Source of the DNA: Candidatus Aenigmatarchaeota archaeon
GTDB lineage: Archaea; Aenigmatarchaeota; Aenigmatarchaeia; CG10238-14; SpSt-28
Length of the DNA: 64,000 nucleotides
NCBI GenBank assembly: GCA_038997165.1
Contig: JAWBAK010000001.1
Location: 160,001-224,000, forward strand
Direction of reading: 5' to 3'
The first letter of the stretch is position 1, and the number at the start of each line of letters is the position of its first letter. The translations under genes and the position numbers were made by a program. The notes under the pieces are model-generated. The model made no database searches. It was not told the DNA's origin and saw only the letters and a program-made list of their open reading frames with translations. Below, one piece after another: positions 1 to 8,749 of the stretch.

Positions 1-534
1 AATTCTAGCTCTTTTTGTATAATAATTCTAACTGGTGGTTATGGATATATACCTCGAAATATAGAAAGAATAATGGTTGCTAAAAAATTAAATAAAATAT
101 TAAATAAGTATGGAATTAAACCGCTTAATATTATTAGTGGTGGCTATACAACAAAAAGAAATTTAAGCGAAGCAGAAAGTATTTCTCCATATTTTGAAAG
201 AAATAATATAAAAGTTTTAAAAGAAGAGTTTTCTTTTGATACTTATACTAATTTTTATTGGTTAAAATTTATTATTGAAAAAGTAAAACCACAACCAAAA
301 AGATTGTTTTTTGTTACATCTGATTTTGCTTATCCTAGAGTATATAGAATTGCTAAAGAATTTAATTTTAAAAATTCGAATTTTGTAATACCCCAAATTT
401 CATATTCTATTGTAAAAAAATTATTATATTTAACTTCTAGTGCTCCAATTTATTTACTTTGGAAAATAACAAAAAATAATGTTTTTGCATATGAAAAAAT
501 CAGTAGAAAAATTTTAAGAAGAATTCCAAAATAA
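1..534 (+). CDS. YdcF/DUF218 (SanA/ElyC-like) family protein, 5'-truncated by the window edge
   Basis: The frame is open from base 1 (..IILTGG..ERI). Motifs IISGG, SEA, E..S.DT..N and FVTSDF..R match DUF218; the usual His after VTS is Ala. Confidence 0.7.
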   Translation, partial: NSSSFCIIILTGGYGYIPRNIERIMVAKKLNKILNKYGIKPLNIISGGYTTKRNLSEAESISPYFERNNIKVLKEEFSFDTYTNFYWLKFIIEKVKPQPKRLFFVTSDFAYPRVYRIAKEFNFKNSNFVIPQISYSIVKKLLYLTSSAPIYLLWKITKNNVFAYEKISRKILRRIPK

Positions 535-648
535 CATTTTATTCCGATTAAATAATTAATTTTTATTGTTTAAATTTAAAATATTAAAAAAATTTATATC
601 ACTACATAGAAACGAAAAGTATTTATATTTTTCCCTAATTTATTTTTT

Positions 649-1347
649 ATGTTTAAAAAGATTATTGAAAAGATAAAAAAATATCCAGGAGAAATAACTA
701 TGGGAACTGGATTAGTTGGAACAGGAATACTGATTGGTAGTTTATCACCCTTTTTATTACCCATTTCTATTTCTTTGGCTGCTATAGGTGGATCATTAAC
801 TGCTTATATAGCTCATCAACATAAAAAAGCTTATGAAGAATTCAAAAAAGCAGAATTTTTTAAAGAAAAAACTTTGGAAAACGAAAATAGAATAAAAGAA
901 CTTGAACCAGCATTGTTTGTAATAGATAATAATCAAAAATATGAAAGTGTAAATGCACTTTTAAAAGATATTGAATTTGGAAGTGAAAAAATATTAGAAA
1001 AAATTAAATTGGCTTATATAAATGGAAAAATAGATGAAAACATAAGTAGAATTTTAACAAAGTATAGTGGTTCAGATGTATATGAAGAATATGGAAGAAG
1101 AAAAAATTGGGAAAGAATATCAGAAGAAATAAAAACTGCATTAATAAATAGATATGAAAACCTTCTTAAACAATTAGAAAAAGAATATAAAGGAAGAAAA
1201 AAATATGCCGATAAAAATGAAAAATTAGAAGAAATTAAAAATAAAATAGATGAAATAAAAAATGAAATAAAAAGAATAAAAGATTATAAATCGTATATAA
1301 GATATGTAGTAATTGAAAAAGAAAAAGAATGTTGTAAATGTTGCTAA
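649..1347 (+). CDS. Hypothetical membrane-anchored coiled-coil protein
   Basis: Gly-rich hydrophobic hairpin at the N-terminus, K/E coiled-coil C-terminal half, ends in ECCKCC. Confidence 0.6.
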   Translation: MFKKIIEKIKKYPGEITMGTGLVGTGILIGSLSPFLLPISISLAAIGGSLTAYIAHQHKKAYEEFKKAEFFKEKTLENENRIKELEPALFVIDNNQKYESVNALLKDIEFGSEKILEKIKLAYINGKIDENISRILTKYSGSDVYEEYGRRKNWERISEEIKTALINRYENLLKQLEKEYKGRKKYADKNEKLEEIKNKIDEIKNEIKRIKDYKSYIRYVVIEKEKECCKCC

Positions 1348-1418
1348 CTATTTAACAAAAAATTAAAATTAAAAAGTTAATTTTTTTCTCATTTAAAAAG
1401 TAAATTTTTTATGTTGTT

Positions 1419-1838
1419 ATGAAAAAAAATATTAGTTTTTTTGTTAAAATTGAAAAATTAAAAGAAGCTAGAAAAAGAGAAAAAGCAAGTGAAAAAGAGA
1501 TATTTGAAATATTGAAAGATGCTTATAGTAAAAAAATTGTTTTTAAATCTCAAGATAAACTTCTAAAATATTTAAAAGAAAAAGTTGGTAATAAAAATTT
1601 ACCATCTAAAGAAAAAATTAGAAAAATTATAATTAAAGTAGGTTATAAAATTAAATATTTTACAAAAAAAGTTGATAAAGAATTAAATAAATGTCCTATA
1701 TGTTTTTCTCCATTATTTGAAAAATATTCGATAAATTTAAAAAATGAAAAAGTTATTGAATATTATTATTGCAAATTTTGTAATTTTAAAACAAAAGATA
1801 AAAGAGATTTGCCAATAAAACTTAAATTTATTCTGTAG
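1419..1838 (+). CDS. Conserved archaeal hypothetical protein with C-terminal Zn ribbon
   Basis: CPIC...CKFC pair in a basic protein. Confidence 0.6.
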   Translation: MKKNISFFVKIEKLKEARKREKASEKEIFEILKDAYSKKIVFKSQDKLLKYLKEKVGNKNLPSKEKIRKIIIKVGYKIKYFTKKVDKELNKCPICFSPLFEKYSINLKNEKVIEYYYCKFCNFKTKDKRDLPIKLKFIL

Positions 1839-2574
1839 CTCTTGGAGCTACAACAAAGTCTAATATCATTTTATCAGTTTCTTTAAATGTTAACTTAATT
1901 GGATAATCTGTTGCCCATTGAATTATTACTGTATCTGCAACTTTTGCTACTTTACTCATTGCAACTAAATAATCTAATGGATATCTTGCTCTACTATTTT
2001 CTTCTACCTGTAAATCAAATAAAATGTCTTGACCTCTCTCGATTTCTATATCTAAAGAACTTAACTCACCAATAGCATAAAATCTTATTTTATTTCCATT
2101 CGTAGATATTTCTATTTCATCAGCAATCTGTTTTGCATCATCTAAAATTCTTTTAAAACCTTCACTAGCTATTTCCGCTCTTGCTTTAAATGTTAAAGCA
2201 TCTATATTTGGTAACTCTTCTTCTGTTAAAGTCAATATTGGCATAGTAAACTTTCTTTTTGCAGAATTTTCGAAAGAAATTACTAGTTTACCTGCTTCGT
2301 CATACATTACTAATTTATCTTTTTTTGTTCCTCTTTTTAAAATTGTTTTTAATTCATCTAAATTTACTCCTATAGATTCTTTTTCAACCTCAAATTCTTC
2401 AAAAGCTATTGGTAATATATTAAGTCTTATTACTGAAATTAAAGCTTTGTCTGCAGCGGTAAATATTAAACCTTTATCTTTTTCAAATTTTATTACACCT
2501 TCTTCTACTAACTTACTTATACTATCAAAAACATCTTTAAACATTGTTGTTTCGTATGTTGATACTCTGAACAT
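1828..2574 (-). CDS. pcn: PCNA, DNA polymerase sliding clamp
   Basis: Motifs FKDVFDSISKLVEEG, IGVNLDEL, ARYPLDYL, DYPIKL and VAPR. The start was moved to the ATG at 2574, giving a typical ~248 aa. Confidence 0.95.
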   Translation of the reverse strand: MFRVSTYETTMFKDVFDSISKLVEEGVIKFEKDKGLIFTAADKALISVIRLNILPIAFEEFEVEKESIGVNLDELKTILKRGTKKDKLVMYDEAGKLVISFENSAKRKFTMPILTLTEEELPNIDALTFKARAEIASEGFKRILDDAKQIADEIEISTNGNKIRFYAIGELSSLDIEIERGQDILFDLQVEENSRARYPLDYLVAMSKVAKVADTVIIQWATDYPIKLTFKETDKMILDFVVAPRATE

Positions 2575-2590
2575 AAAAATAATATTTAAT

Positions 2591-2872
2591 TTAAATATAA
2601 AGGTTTTTATACTTAAAGAAAATTTCATTTACTTTTTTGAATTTTTCAAAATCAATTTTCTGAACTATATCAACTATAAAATCTTCTTTATCTTTTGTAA
2701 AAAAAATTCTTACAAAATCATTTTTATTTACTTTAAATATAGAAAGAAAAAAAATATTACAGTCTTCTATTTTAAAACCTTCATCTCTAACCTCAATTAT
2801 TTTAGAATAAGTAAAATATTTTCCATCTTTTAATTCTTTCGAAATTTCCTTAGGATCAATATATTTATACAT
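2591..2872 (-). CDS. Small OB-fold protein, possible RPA14/RPA3-like subunit
   Basis: 93 aa, beta-rich; D.VRIF...IVDIVQKIDFEKFKKV resembles the small archaeal RPA subunit. Lies between tfs and pcn. Confidence 0.4.
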   Translation of the reverse strand: MYKYIDPKEISKELKDGKYFTYSKIIEVRDEGFKIEDCNIFFLSIFKVNKNDFVRIFFTKDKEDFIVDIVQKIDFEKFKKVNEIFFKYKNLYI

Positions 2873-2910
2873 AAATTTTTATTAACAGAAACAATTTTAA
2901 ATTATTCATA

Positions 2911-3237
2911 TTATTCATATCCCCTCCAAGAATAATTACATTTTGTACATATATAAAACACTGTTGGTGGCTCATCAGCACTTCTCATTTGTTGCATATA
3001 ATAATATGCTTCTTCATTACCACATTTCGGACAAATAACTTTTGTTTTTGGTAAATTTTTTTCTGACTCTTTTTTAGTAATTAAAATTGCTTCCTCGCTT
3101 TCCTTCTTTACTTTAGTTGTTATTTTTATATCATCTTCAAAAGAATAGTTTTTATCGCATTTTTTACAATAAAAAACTATTCCTTTTTTTGTTCTTTTTG
3201 GTATTAATATACTTCCACATTTTGGACATGTCCTCAT
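2911..3237 (-). CDS. tfs: Transcription factor S (TFS)
   Basis: Two Zn ribbons and QMRSADEP with the catalytic DE pair. Confidence 0.95.
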   Translation of the reverse strand: MRTCPKCGSILIPKRTKKGIVFYCKKCDKNYSFEDDIKITTKVKKESEEAILITKKESEKNLPKTKVICPKCGNEEAYYYMQQMRSADEPPTVFYICTKCNYSWRGYE

Positions 3238-3309
3238 TATATATAAGAAGCATTACCTTTTTATATTTTTTTATAAGAATAAATAAGAGTATTTGAAAAT
3301 AAATTATTT

Positions 3310-3756
3310 ATGAAAGGAATATCTCCATTAATTGCTACAATAATTTTAATAGCCTTAACAATTGCTATTGCTGGGATATTAGGTTTATGGGCAGCAAGTT
3401 ATGTTGGTACCCAAACCACTCAAATTAATAAATCTTCAGAGGAAATTATTACAATAGAATGTTCTGCAATGAAATTTGAAGTTATTTCGTGTACAAAAAA
3501 TAATGATCAAGTTAGAATAATACTTTTAAACAATGGACCAATAGTCATTAATGGTTTAAAAATAAATTTTATCGAAAAAGATGAAAATGGAAATATTATA
3601 GATGTTGCTTCACAAGATCTTAATGAAAAAATTAATAGAGGAGATTATAAAGCAATTACTCAAGAAGTTCCTTCTAATTTTCAAAACAAAAATTTTACTT
3701 TAGAAATTAGAAGCATTCAATGCCCAGATGTAAAAAGAGAAATTATATGTAGATAA
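3310..3756 (+). CDS. Archaeal type IV pilin (class III signal peptide)
   Basis: MKG/ISPLIATIILIALT N-terminus; adjacent to pilus assembly genes. Confidence 0.9.
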   Translation: MKGISPLIATIILIALTIAIAGILGLWAASYVGTQTTQINKSSEEIITIECSAMKFEVISCTKNNDQVRIILLNNGPIVINGLKINFIEKDENGNIIDVASQDLNEKINRGDYKAITQEVPSNFQNKNFTLEIRSIQCPDVKREIICR

Positions 3757-4563
3757 TTAAATCGAAATTGAAAAAACTATATAACCAATTAACATGAGAA
3801 TTATTGAATATCTTAATCCTGGAATTATGCTTCCTTCGCTCATTTTTCCTATTAACATACCACTAAAGAAACTCTGAATTAAAATTAAATGTATTAAAAT
3901 TTCTTTAATTTCTTGAATATTTATTGCAAGTTGCTGAGATTGTTGAACTGCTGGAAGTAAAAATTTTATTAAAATTATCATTATTATTAAAAACATGAAA
4001 TAAATCATAAAACCATTTATTTTTGTTGGTGCTGCTATCATTTCTCTTTCTCTTCTTACTTTTTCTGTTTCTATAATACTTCTTATAACCGCTTCTATTG
4101 TTGTATTTACATCTCCACCTGCTTTTAAAGCTTCTCCAATAGTTATACTAATTTTTTTGATTAATTTAGATTCACTTCTTCTAGCTAAATTATTCAAAGC
4201 TTTATCAAAAGGTATTCCAAGTTTTACTTCAGAATACATTTTTTTAATTAGAGGTGAAAGGGATTTATAATCAAAATCTTTTAAATTTTCCAATGAGGAT
4301 ATTATATTTCTTCCACTTCTAATATTTTCTGCTAAATCTCTTAAAAAAATTGAAAAGAAAAATTCCATTTCCTTTCTTTTCCTATGTTTTTCATTAAAGA
4401 TCAAAAATATGTTTATTAATGGAATAAAAATTGCTAAAACATTTAAAGAAATTTGAATAACTATATTTTTGAATATTTTAGAGAGAAGAAAATTGTTTAG
4501 AAAAAATATAAATATTCCTAAAAAAATTAATATAAGTATTATTAAAATTTCTTCAAACTTCAT
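3757..4563 (-). CDS. Type II secretion F / TadC-like pilus platform protein
   Basis: FLRDLAENIRSG and GIPFDKAL motifs, TM helices, downstream of the ATPase. Confidence 0.85.
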   Translation of the reverse strand: MKFEEILIILILIFLGIFIFFLNNFLLSKIFKNIVIQISLNVLAIFIPLINIFLIFNEKHRKRKEMEFFFSIFLRDLAENIRSGRNIISSLENLKDFDYKSLSPLIKKMYSEVKLGIPFDKALNNLARRSESKLIKKISITIGEALKAGGDVNTTIEAVIRSIIETEKVRREREMIAAPTKINGFMIYFMFLIIMIILIKFLLPAVQQSQQLAINIQEIKEILIHLILIQSFFSGMLIGKMSEGSIIPGLRYSIILMLIGYIVFSISI

Positions 4564-5417
4564 ATTTCAACTTCAATGCCCTTTATTATTATTAAAAAAA
4601 TTATGTTTAAAAATGGTAATATTATATATGAAAAAATTTTTAACAAATCTGTTAAAGAAATAAAACCAATGTTTGCTTGAATTGCCGCCATAACAACAAT
4701 TATAGAAACTAGAAGAAGTGGTGCAGAAATTACTAAACCTACATATATTTCACTTATTGTACCTAATTTTTGTAAAAAATCTTCTCTCTTTATTTTCCAA
4801 TCAAACATTAGATAATCATAAGTTATTTTTAAATAATTTTTCAAATCCCCACCACTTTCAATTATAGATGCTATATTATTTAAAAATTTCTGAAATAATA
4901 AAGAACAAGAAGTTGAAGCAACTCCTCTTATTGCAGAAATAAAATCTTCCCCATAAACTTCTACTCTAGTAATTATTTCTTTAAATTCTTTAGAAATTGC
5001 TCCATACTCATCTTCAAATTTGGAAATTATTTTAAAAATTAGATAAGGATTAATATTACTTTCAGCTAAAGAAATCATGTGAGAAACTAATGGTATAAAA
5101 TTTGACTCTATTTGAAATTTATATGAACTCTCGTTTTGAAGTACATTAAAATAGAATGTTAAAAATGTAATAATAGGCAAAATAAATGGAAATAAAAATT
5201 TTAATATTAACAAATTGGTAGGAAAAGAAATAGGTATAAAAAGAAATATTATACCTATTATTAAAGATAAGAAAACAAAGAAAAAAATCCTAGCTAAATA
5301 AACAGAATATAATGTTTTTGATCTTGTAGCTATTAAAGCTTTTCTTATTCTTAAAAAAAATGGAAATTTTTTTGTTCTTTCTACTAACCAAGAAAATAGT
5401 TGATATTCAAAACTCAT
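4560..5417 (-). CDS. Type II secretion F / TadB-like pilus platform protein
   Basis: YGAISKEF and IESGGDLKNYL motifs, TM helices. Confidence 0.85.
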   Translation of the reverse strand: MSFEYQLFSWLVERTKKFPFFLRIRKALIATRSKTLYSVYLARIFFFVFLSLIIGIIFLFIPISFPTNLLILKFLFPFILPIITFLTFYFNVLQNESSYKFQIESNFIPLVSHMISLAESNINPYLIFKIISKFEDEYGAISKEFKEIITRVEVYGEDFISAIRGVASTSCSLLFQKFLNNIASIIESGGDLKNYLKITYDYLMFDWKIKREDFLQKLGTISEIYVGLVISAPLLLVSIIVVMAAIQANIGFISLTDLLKIFSYIILPFLNIIFLIIIKGIEVEI

Positions 5418-5423
5418 AAATAA

Positions 5424-7028
5424 TTAACTTTCGATTACAAAAATATAGCCTAATTTTTTAGCAAGTAAATTTTCCTTTAATTTTAAGATTATTTTTTTTG
5501 CTTCTTCGTATTCTATTTTTTCTTCAATGATTTTCATTAAAGACTTTTTATCCTTATAATATAATTTTATAACTTCTGCAACTTCTTCATAAGTTCTTCT
5601 TCCATTTTTAAGAAGCCACTCTAAAACTTTTTTTCTATCCTCTATTTCTTTTTTTGCACTTTCCAAAGATAATCCAAACTTTTCACATATCTTTGAAATT
5701 AATATACTTTCATTTATTCTTTCTAAAATATCTTCAAAGGGATTCCATCTAAATACAATATTTTGCATTATATTTCCTTTCTCATCAAGACCAACAATTT
5801 CTACTATTTCTTGAACTCTTCTTGCAAATTCTCCCTTTTCTCTTGCTCTTCTCATCACTATTATTAGATCTAATGCTTCTAATAAACTTACCGGTAATTC
5901 TATTGGTGGAGAAATTAGTCTTTTTACTAGCGATGTTACATCTTCTGCATGAAATGTTGATGCGCTTGCATGTCCAGAAGCCATACCTTGAAACATTACA
6001 TAAACCTCTTTTCCTCTCGTTTCTCCAACAATAACATAATCTGGATTCATTCTAAAACTTTCTCTTAATAAATCAAATAAATTTACCTCTCCATATTTTG
6101 ATCCTGTAGGTAAAGGTAAACCAAAACCAGTTCTAGTAACCAAAGGGACCCAATGTTCATGCATAAATCTTAATTCCCTAGTATCTTCTATGCTAACTAT
6201 TTTTGCTTCTGGTTTAATAAAAATTCCAAGGCTGTTTAATAAGCTTGTCTTTCCACTTCCTACTCCACCAATAATTAAAAAAGAAATTTTATGTTCGATC
6301 AAAAACCAAAGATAAGCTAAAGCTTCTATGTTTATCGTTTTTAATTCTACTAATTCGATTGGAGAGAAAGGTTTTTCAGTAAATTTTCTTATAGTAAAAG
6401 AAGGTCCTCTTTGAGAAACTTCTTCACTAAATGTTGCACTAACTCTAGAACCATCTGGTAAAGAACCTTCTAATATTGGTTCTGCATAAGATACATGCCT
6501 TCCACATCTTTGTGCTAATTTTATAATAAATTCTTTTAATTCATCAACATCATTAAAAATTATATTAGTTCTTATATTTCCAAAATATCTATGTGTTACA
6601 TAAATTGGAATATTTATTCCACTACAGCTTATATCTTCAATATATGGATCACTCATTAAAGGTTCTATTTTACCTAATCCTATAAAATCCCTAGAAATAT
6701 AATAACAAAATTTTAATAAAATTTCGCTATCAATTTTAATTTTTAATATCTTTAAAACTTTTTTAATTGCATCTTCCAATAACTTATTTAATTTTTCTCT
6801 ATCTTTAATAGCTATTATATTAACATCTAAATATTCTAGTATAAGTTCTTTTATCTTTTCCAAATGTTTTTTTTCGCTATCACTTAATTGTGGTTCGACT
6901 ACTTCATAAACTATTGATTTTAAATTTTTATCGTAAAAAATATGAGCATATGCAAAAGATTTTATTAATTCATAAGAAATATTTAGATCTTCTAATTTTT
7001 CTGGAATTCTTATTTCCTTTTCATTCAT
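5424..7028 (-). CDS. Type II/IV secretion (pilus assembly) ATPase
   Basis: Walker A GGVGSGKT, SIEDTRE, RMNPDYVIVGETRG, DPYIEDISC. Confidence 0.93.
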   Translation of the reverse strand: MNEKEIRIPEKLEDLNISYELIKSFAYAHIFYDKNLKSIVYEVVEPQLSDSEKKHLEKIKELILEYLDVNIIAIKDREKLNKLLEDAIKKVLKILKIKIDSEILLKFCYYISRDFIGLGKIEPLMSDPYIEDISCSGINIPIYVTHRYFGNIRTNIIFNDVDELKEFIIKLAQRCGRHVSYAEPILEGSLPDGSRVSATFSEEVSQRGPSFTIRKFTEKPFSPIELVELKTINIEALAYLWFLIEHKISFLIIGGVGSGKTSLLNSLGIFIKPEAKIVSIEDTRELRFMHEHWVPLVTRTGFGLPLPTGSKYGEVNLFDLLRESFRMNPDYVIVGETRGKEVYVMFQGMASGHASASTFHAEDVTSLVKRLISPPIELPVSLLEALDLIIVMRRAREKGEFARRVQEIVEIVGLDEKGNIMQNIVFRWNPFEDILERINESILISKICEKFGLSLESAKKEIEDRKKVLEWLLKNGRRTYEEVAEVIKLYYKDKKSLMKIIEEKIEYEEAKKIILKLKENLLAKKLGYIFVIES

Positions 7029-7035
7029 AAAATTA

Positions 7036-7317
7036 CTACATTTTTAGTTTTTTTCTTACTGCTTTTCCTGGTTGAACTACTCCCAAAAATCTTGCACATT
7101 TTGGACAAACTCTTAATTTTACAGAACTCAAACTAATTAAGTTTGGATTTACATTTTTTAATATAAGGGAATCTTTTATTGAATATTTTTTATTTATAAT
7201 AAAGGTTTTATATCTAGGATATAATCCACCACATAAATCACAGTGAATATGATATTCATTACCTCTAGCTTTTGTATGCTGATAAGTTCTTTTATATGGT
7301 GCTTTGCTTATTGGCAT
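7036..7317 (-). CDS. rps26e: Ribosomal protein eS26-like
   Basis: RG...IHCDLCGGLYPRYK and LRVCPKCARFLGVV match the eS26 Zn-finger layout; 93 aa, basic. Confidence 0.7.
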   Translation of the reverse strand: MPISKAPYKRTYQHTKARGNEYHIHCDLCGGLYPRYKTFIINKKYSIKDSLILKNVNPNLISLSSVKLRVCPKCARFLGVVQPGKAVRKKLKM

Positions 7318-7343
7318 ACAAAAATATGTATGAAAATATATAT

Positions 7344-7709
7344 TTAAATTCTTCTTTCTTTTCTTAGATTTTCAAAATCATAAAAAAATGAAAGTTTCTC
7401 AAAAAATCCTTTTAAATCTTTATTACTTTCCAAAATATCTCCTAATATCTTAAATAAATCCCATCTACAAATTGGTAATGTTTTTAGCTTTTCAATTCTT
7501 TCAATTTCTTTTTGATCTACTTTCTTATCTTTCAAAAAATTAATAATTCTTTCTAATATTTCTTTATTAGTATCATTTTTTGGTAAAGTTAAAAATAAAG
7601 GTTCTTTACAAATAATGCAATTTATAATAGAAAGAGGCGATTCTTCATTAGATATTTCAGAGTAATCAAAATCCCAAAAATCTTCATAAAAATCAAATTC
7701 AAAGCGCAA
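7344..7709 (-). CDS. Hypothetical protein (CxxC...C), probably the C-terminal part of a frameshifted gene starting at 7912
   Basis: No ATG start (TTG only). The frame stays open upstream to about 7829 and overlaps the 55-codon ORF. Confidence 0.6.
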   Translation of the reverse strand: MRFEFDFYEDFWDFDYSEISNEESPLSIINCIICKEPLFLTLPKNDTNKEILERIINFLKDKKVDQKEIERIEKLKTLPICRWDLFKILGDILESNKDLKGFFEKLSFFYDFENLRKERRI

Positions 7710-7744
7710 AAAGGAATTAGATAAAATTTTATTTAATTCATTTC

Positions 7745-7912
7745 TCAGCCGGGTTTGAGGACAATTTCCCCCCCGGCTTTTATTTTTGAAAGATTTGTAT
7801 TTATACCTTTCATTTTTAATTTTTCTATATTAGAAAAACAAAAAGAATTATAACTGAATTGGTCTTCTATAAAATTTTTTATTGATGAATCTTTTAATTG
7901 CTCCATATCCAT
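7745..7912 (-). CDS. Unannotated 55-aa ORF (MDMEQLKDSS...KAGGEIVLKPG), probable N-terminal part of the frameshifted gene
   Basis: Hand translation: ATG at 7912, TGA at 7747-7745, TATA-like TTTAAA about 25-30 nt upstream. Confidence 0.45.
   Translation of the reverse strand: MDMEQLKDSSIKNFIEDQFSYNSFCFSNIEKLKMKGINTNLSKIKAGGEIVLKPG
7747..7778 (-). other. GC-rich RNA hairpin containing a G7 run
   Basis: AGCCGGG/CCCGGCT 7-bp stem plus an inner GGGG/CCUC stem. On the + strand the C7 run is at 7768-7774. Confidence 0.7.
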
Positions 7913-7966
7913 CTTTTTATACTATTATTATATAAATTTAAAGAATTTAAAGATTTCTATTGTTTT

Positions 7967-8749
7967 ATGAATTATAAAGTTTTACTAAATTTTTTAAAAA
8001 ATAAAGAAATTATTAAGAAAAAAATAAACGAAATAAAAAACGTTTCAAAATTAAACTTAAAAGAAAAATGGAATTACTATTTACCAAAAGCAAAAGAAGA
8101 TAAATGTATTGCAATAGATGGAAGTTATAATTTCTTAAAGTATAGATCTTTAGTTTTTTATGCAATTAATATTGCTAGCGTAATTTATGAAAACTCAAAA
8201 ATTAAAGTTGATGTTTTTCCAATTTTTGATATAGTAGAAGATTTTATTTATTTAGAAGATTTTTTGAAATCTGAAATGTTAAAAAAGGAGATAGAAATTG
8301 CCAAAAATTGTTGTAAAGAGTTTAATATAATTCTCGATGGTTCTTTAATTTATTTTTTAAATTTTATTCCACCAAATGAAAGAAAAAATTATTTAAATTT
8401 TTTTGAAGAAAGCGATAAATTAATATTTTCAATATCAAAAACCCCAATTAAAAAAACTGAAGAAATTGATATAGGATTTTCAAACGAAATATTTAAAGAA
8501 AAAAATTTTGGAATTATTACGTTTTATTTTAAATTAAAAAAATCTTCACTAGTCTATAAAGTTGAAACTTTTGAGAAAAATAAAGATAGAATTGAAGAAA
8601 TAGTTTCATTGATTAAATTTTTTGACTATAAAGGTTATCCATATATCTTAAAAAAAGCACATAAAGAAGCAAAAATATCCAATAAAGATATGGAAAGGTT
8701 TGCAAAAATTTTAGGAATAAAAGAGGAAACGGGAAGAGAAGTATTATGA
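7967..8749 (+). CDS. nurA: NurA 5'-3' nuclease
   Basis: IAIDGS, ILDGSL, ISK and GYPYILKKAHKEAKI motifs; overlaps the herA start. Start moved to the ATG at 7967. Confidence 0.88.
   Translation: MNYKVLLNFLKNKEIIKKKINEIKNVSKLNLKEKWNYYLPKAKEDKCIAIDGSYNFLKYRSLVFYAINIASVIYENSKIKVDVFPIFDIVEDFIYLEDFLKSEMLKKEIEIAKNCCKEFNIILDGSLIYFLNFIPPNERKNYLNFFEESDKLIFSISKTPIKKTEEIDIGFSNEIFKEKNFGIITFYFKLKKSSLVYKVETFEKNKDRIEEIVSLIKFFDYKGYPYILKKAHKEAKISNKDMERFAKILGIKEETGREVL

Noticed and set aside
7747..7778. Hairpin next to a TGA read as an archaeal SECIS or a split-tRNA half
   Set aside because: It lacks the GAA/A internal loop with a short GC apical stem and has no T-arm or anticodon arm. Reading through the TGA hits another stop within a few codons.
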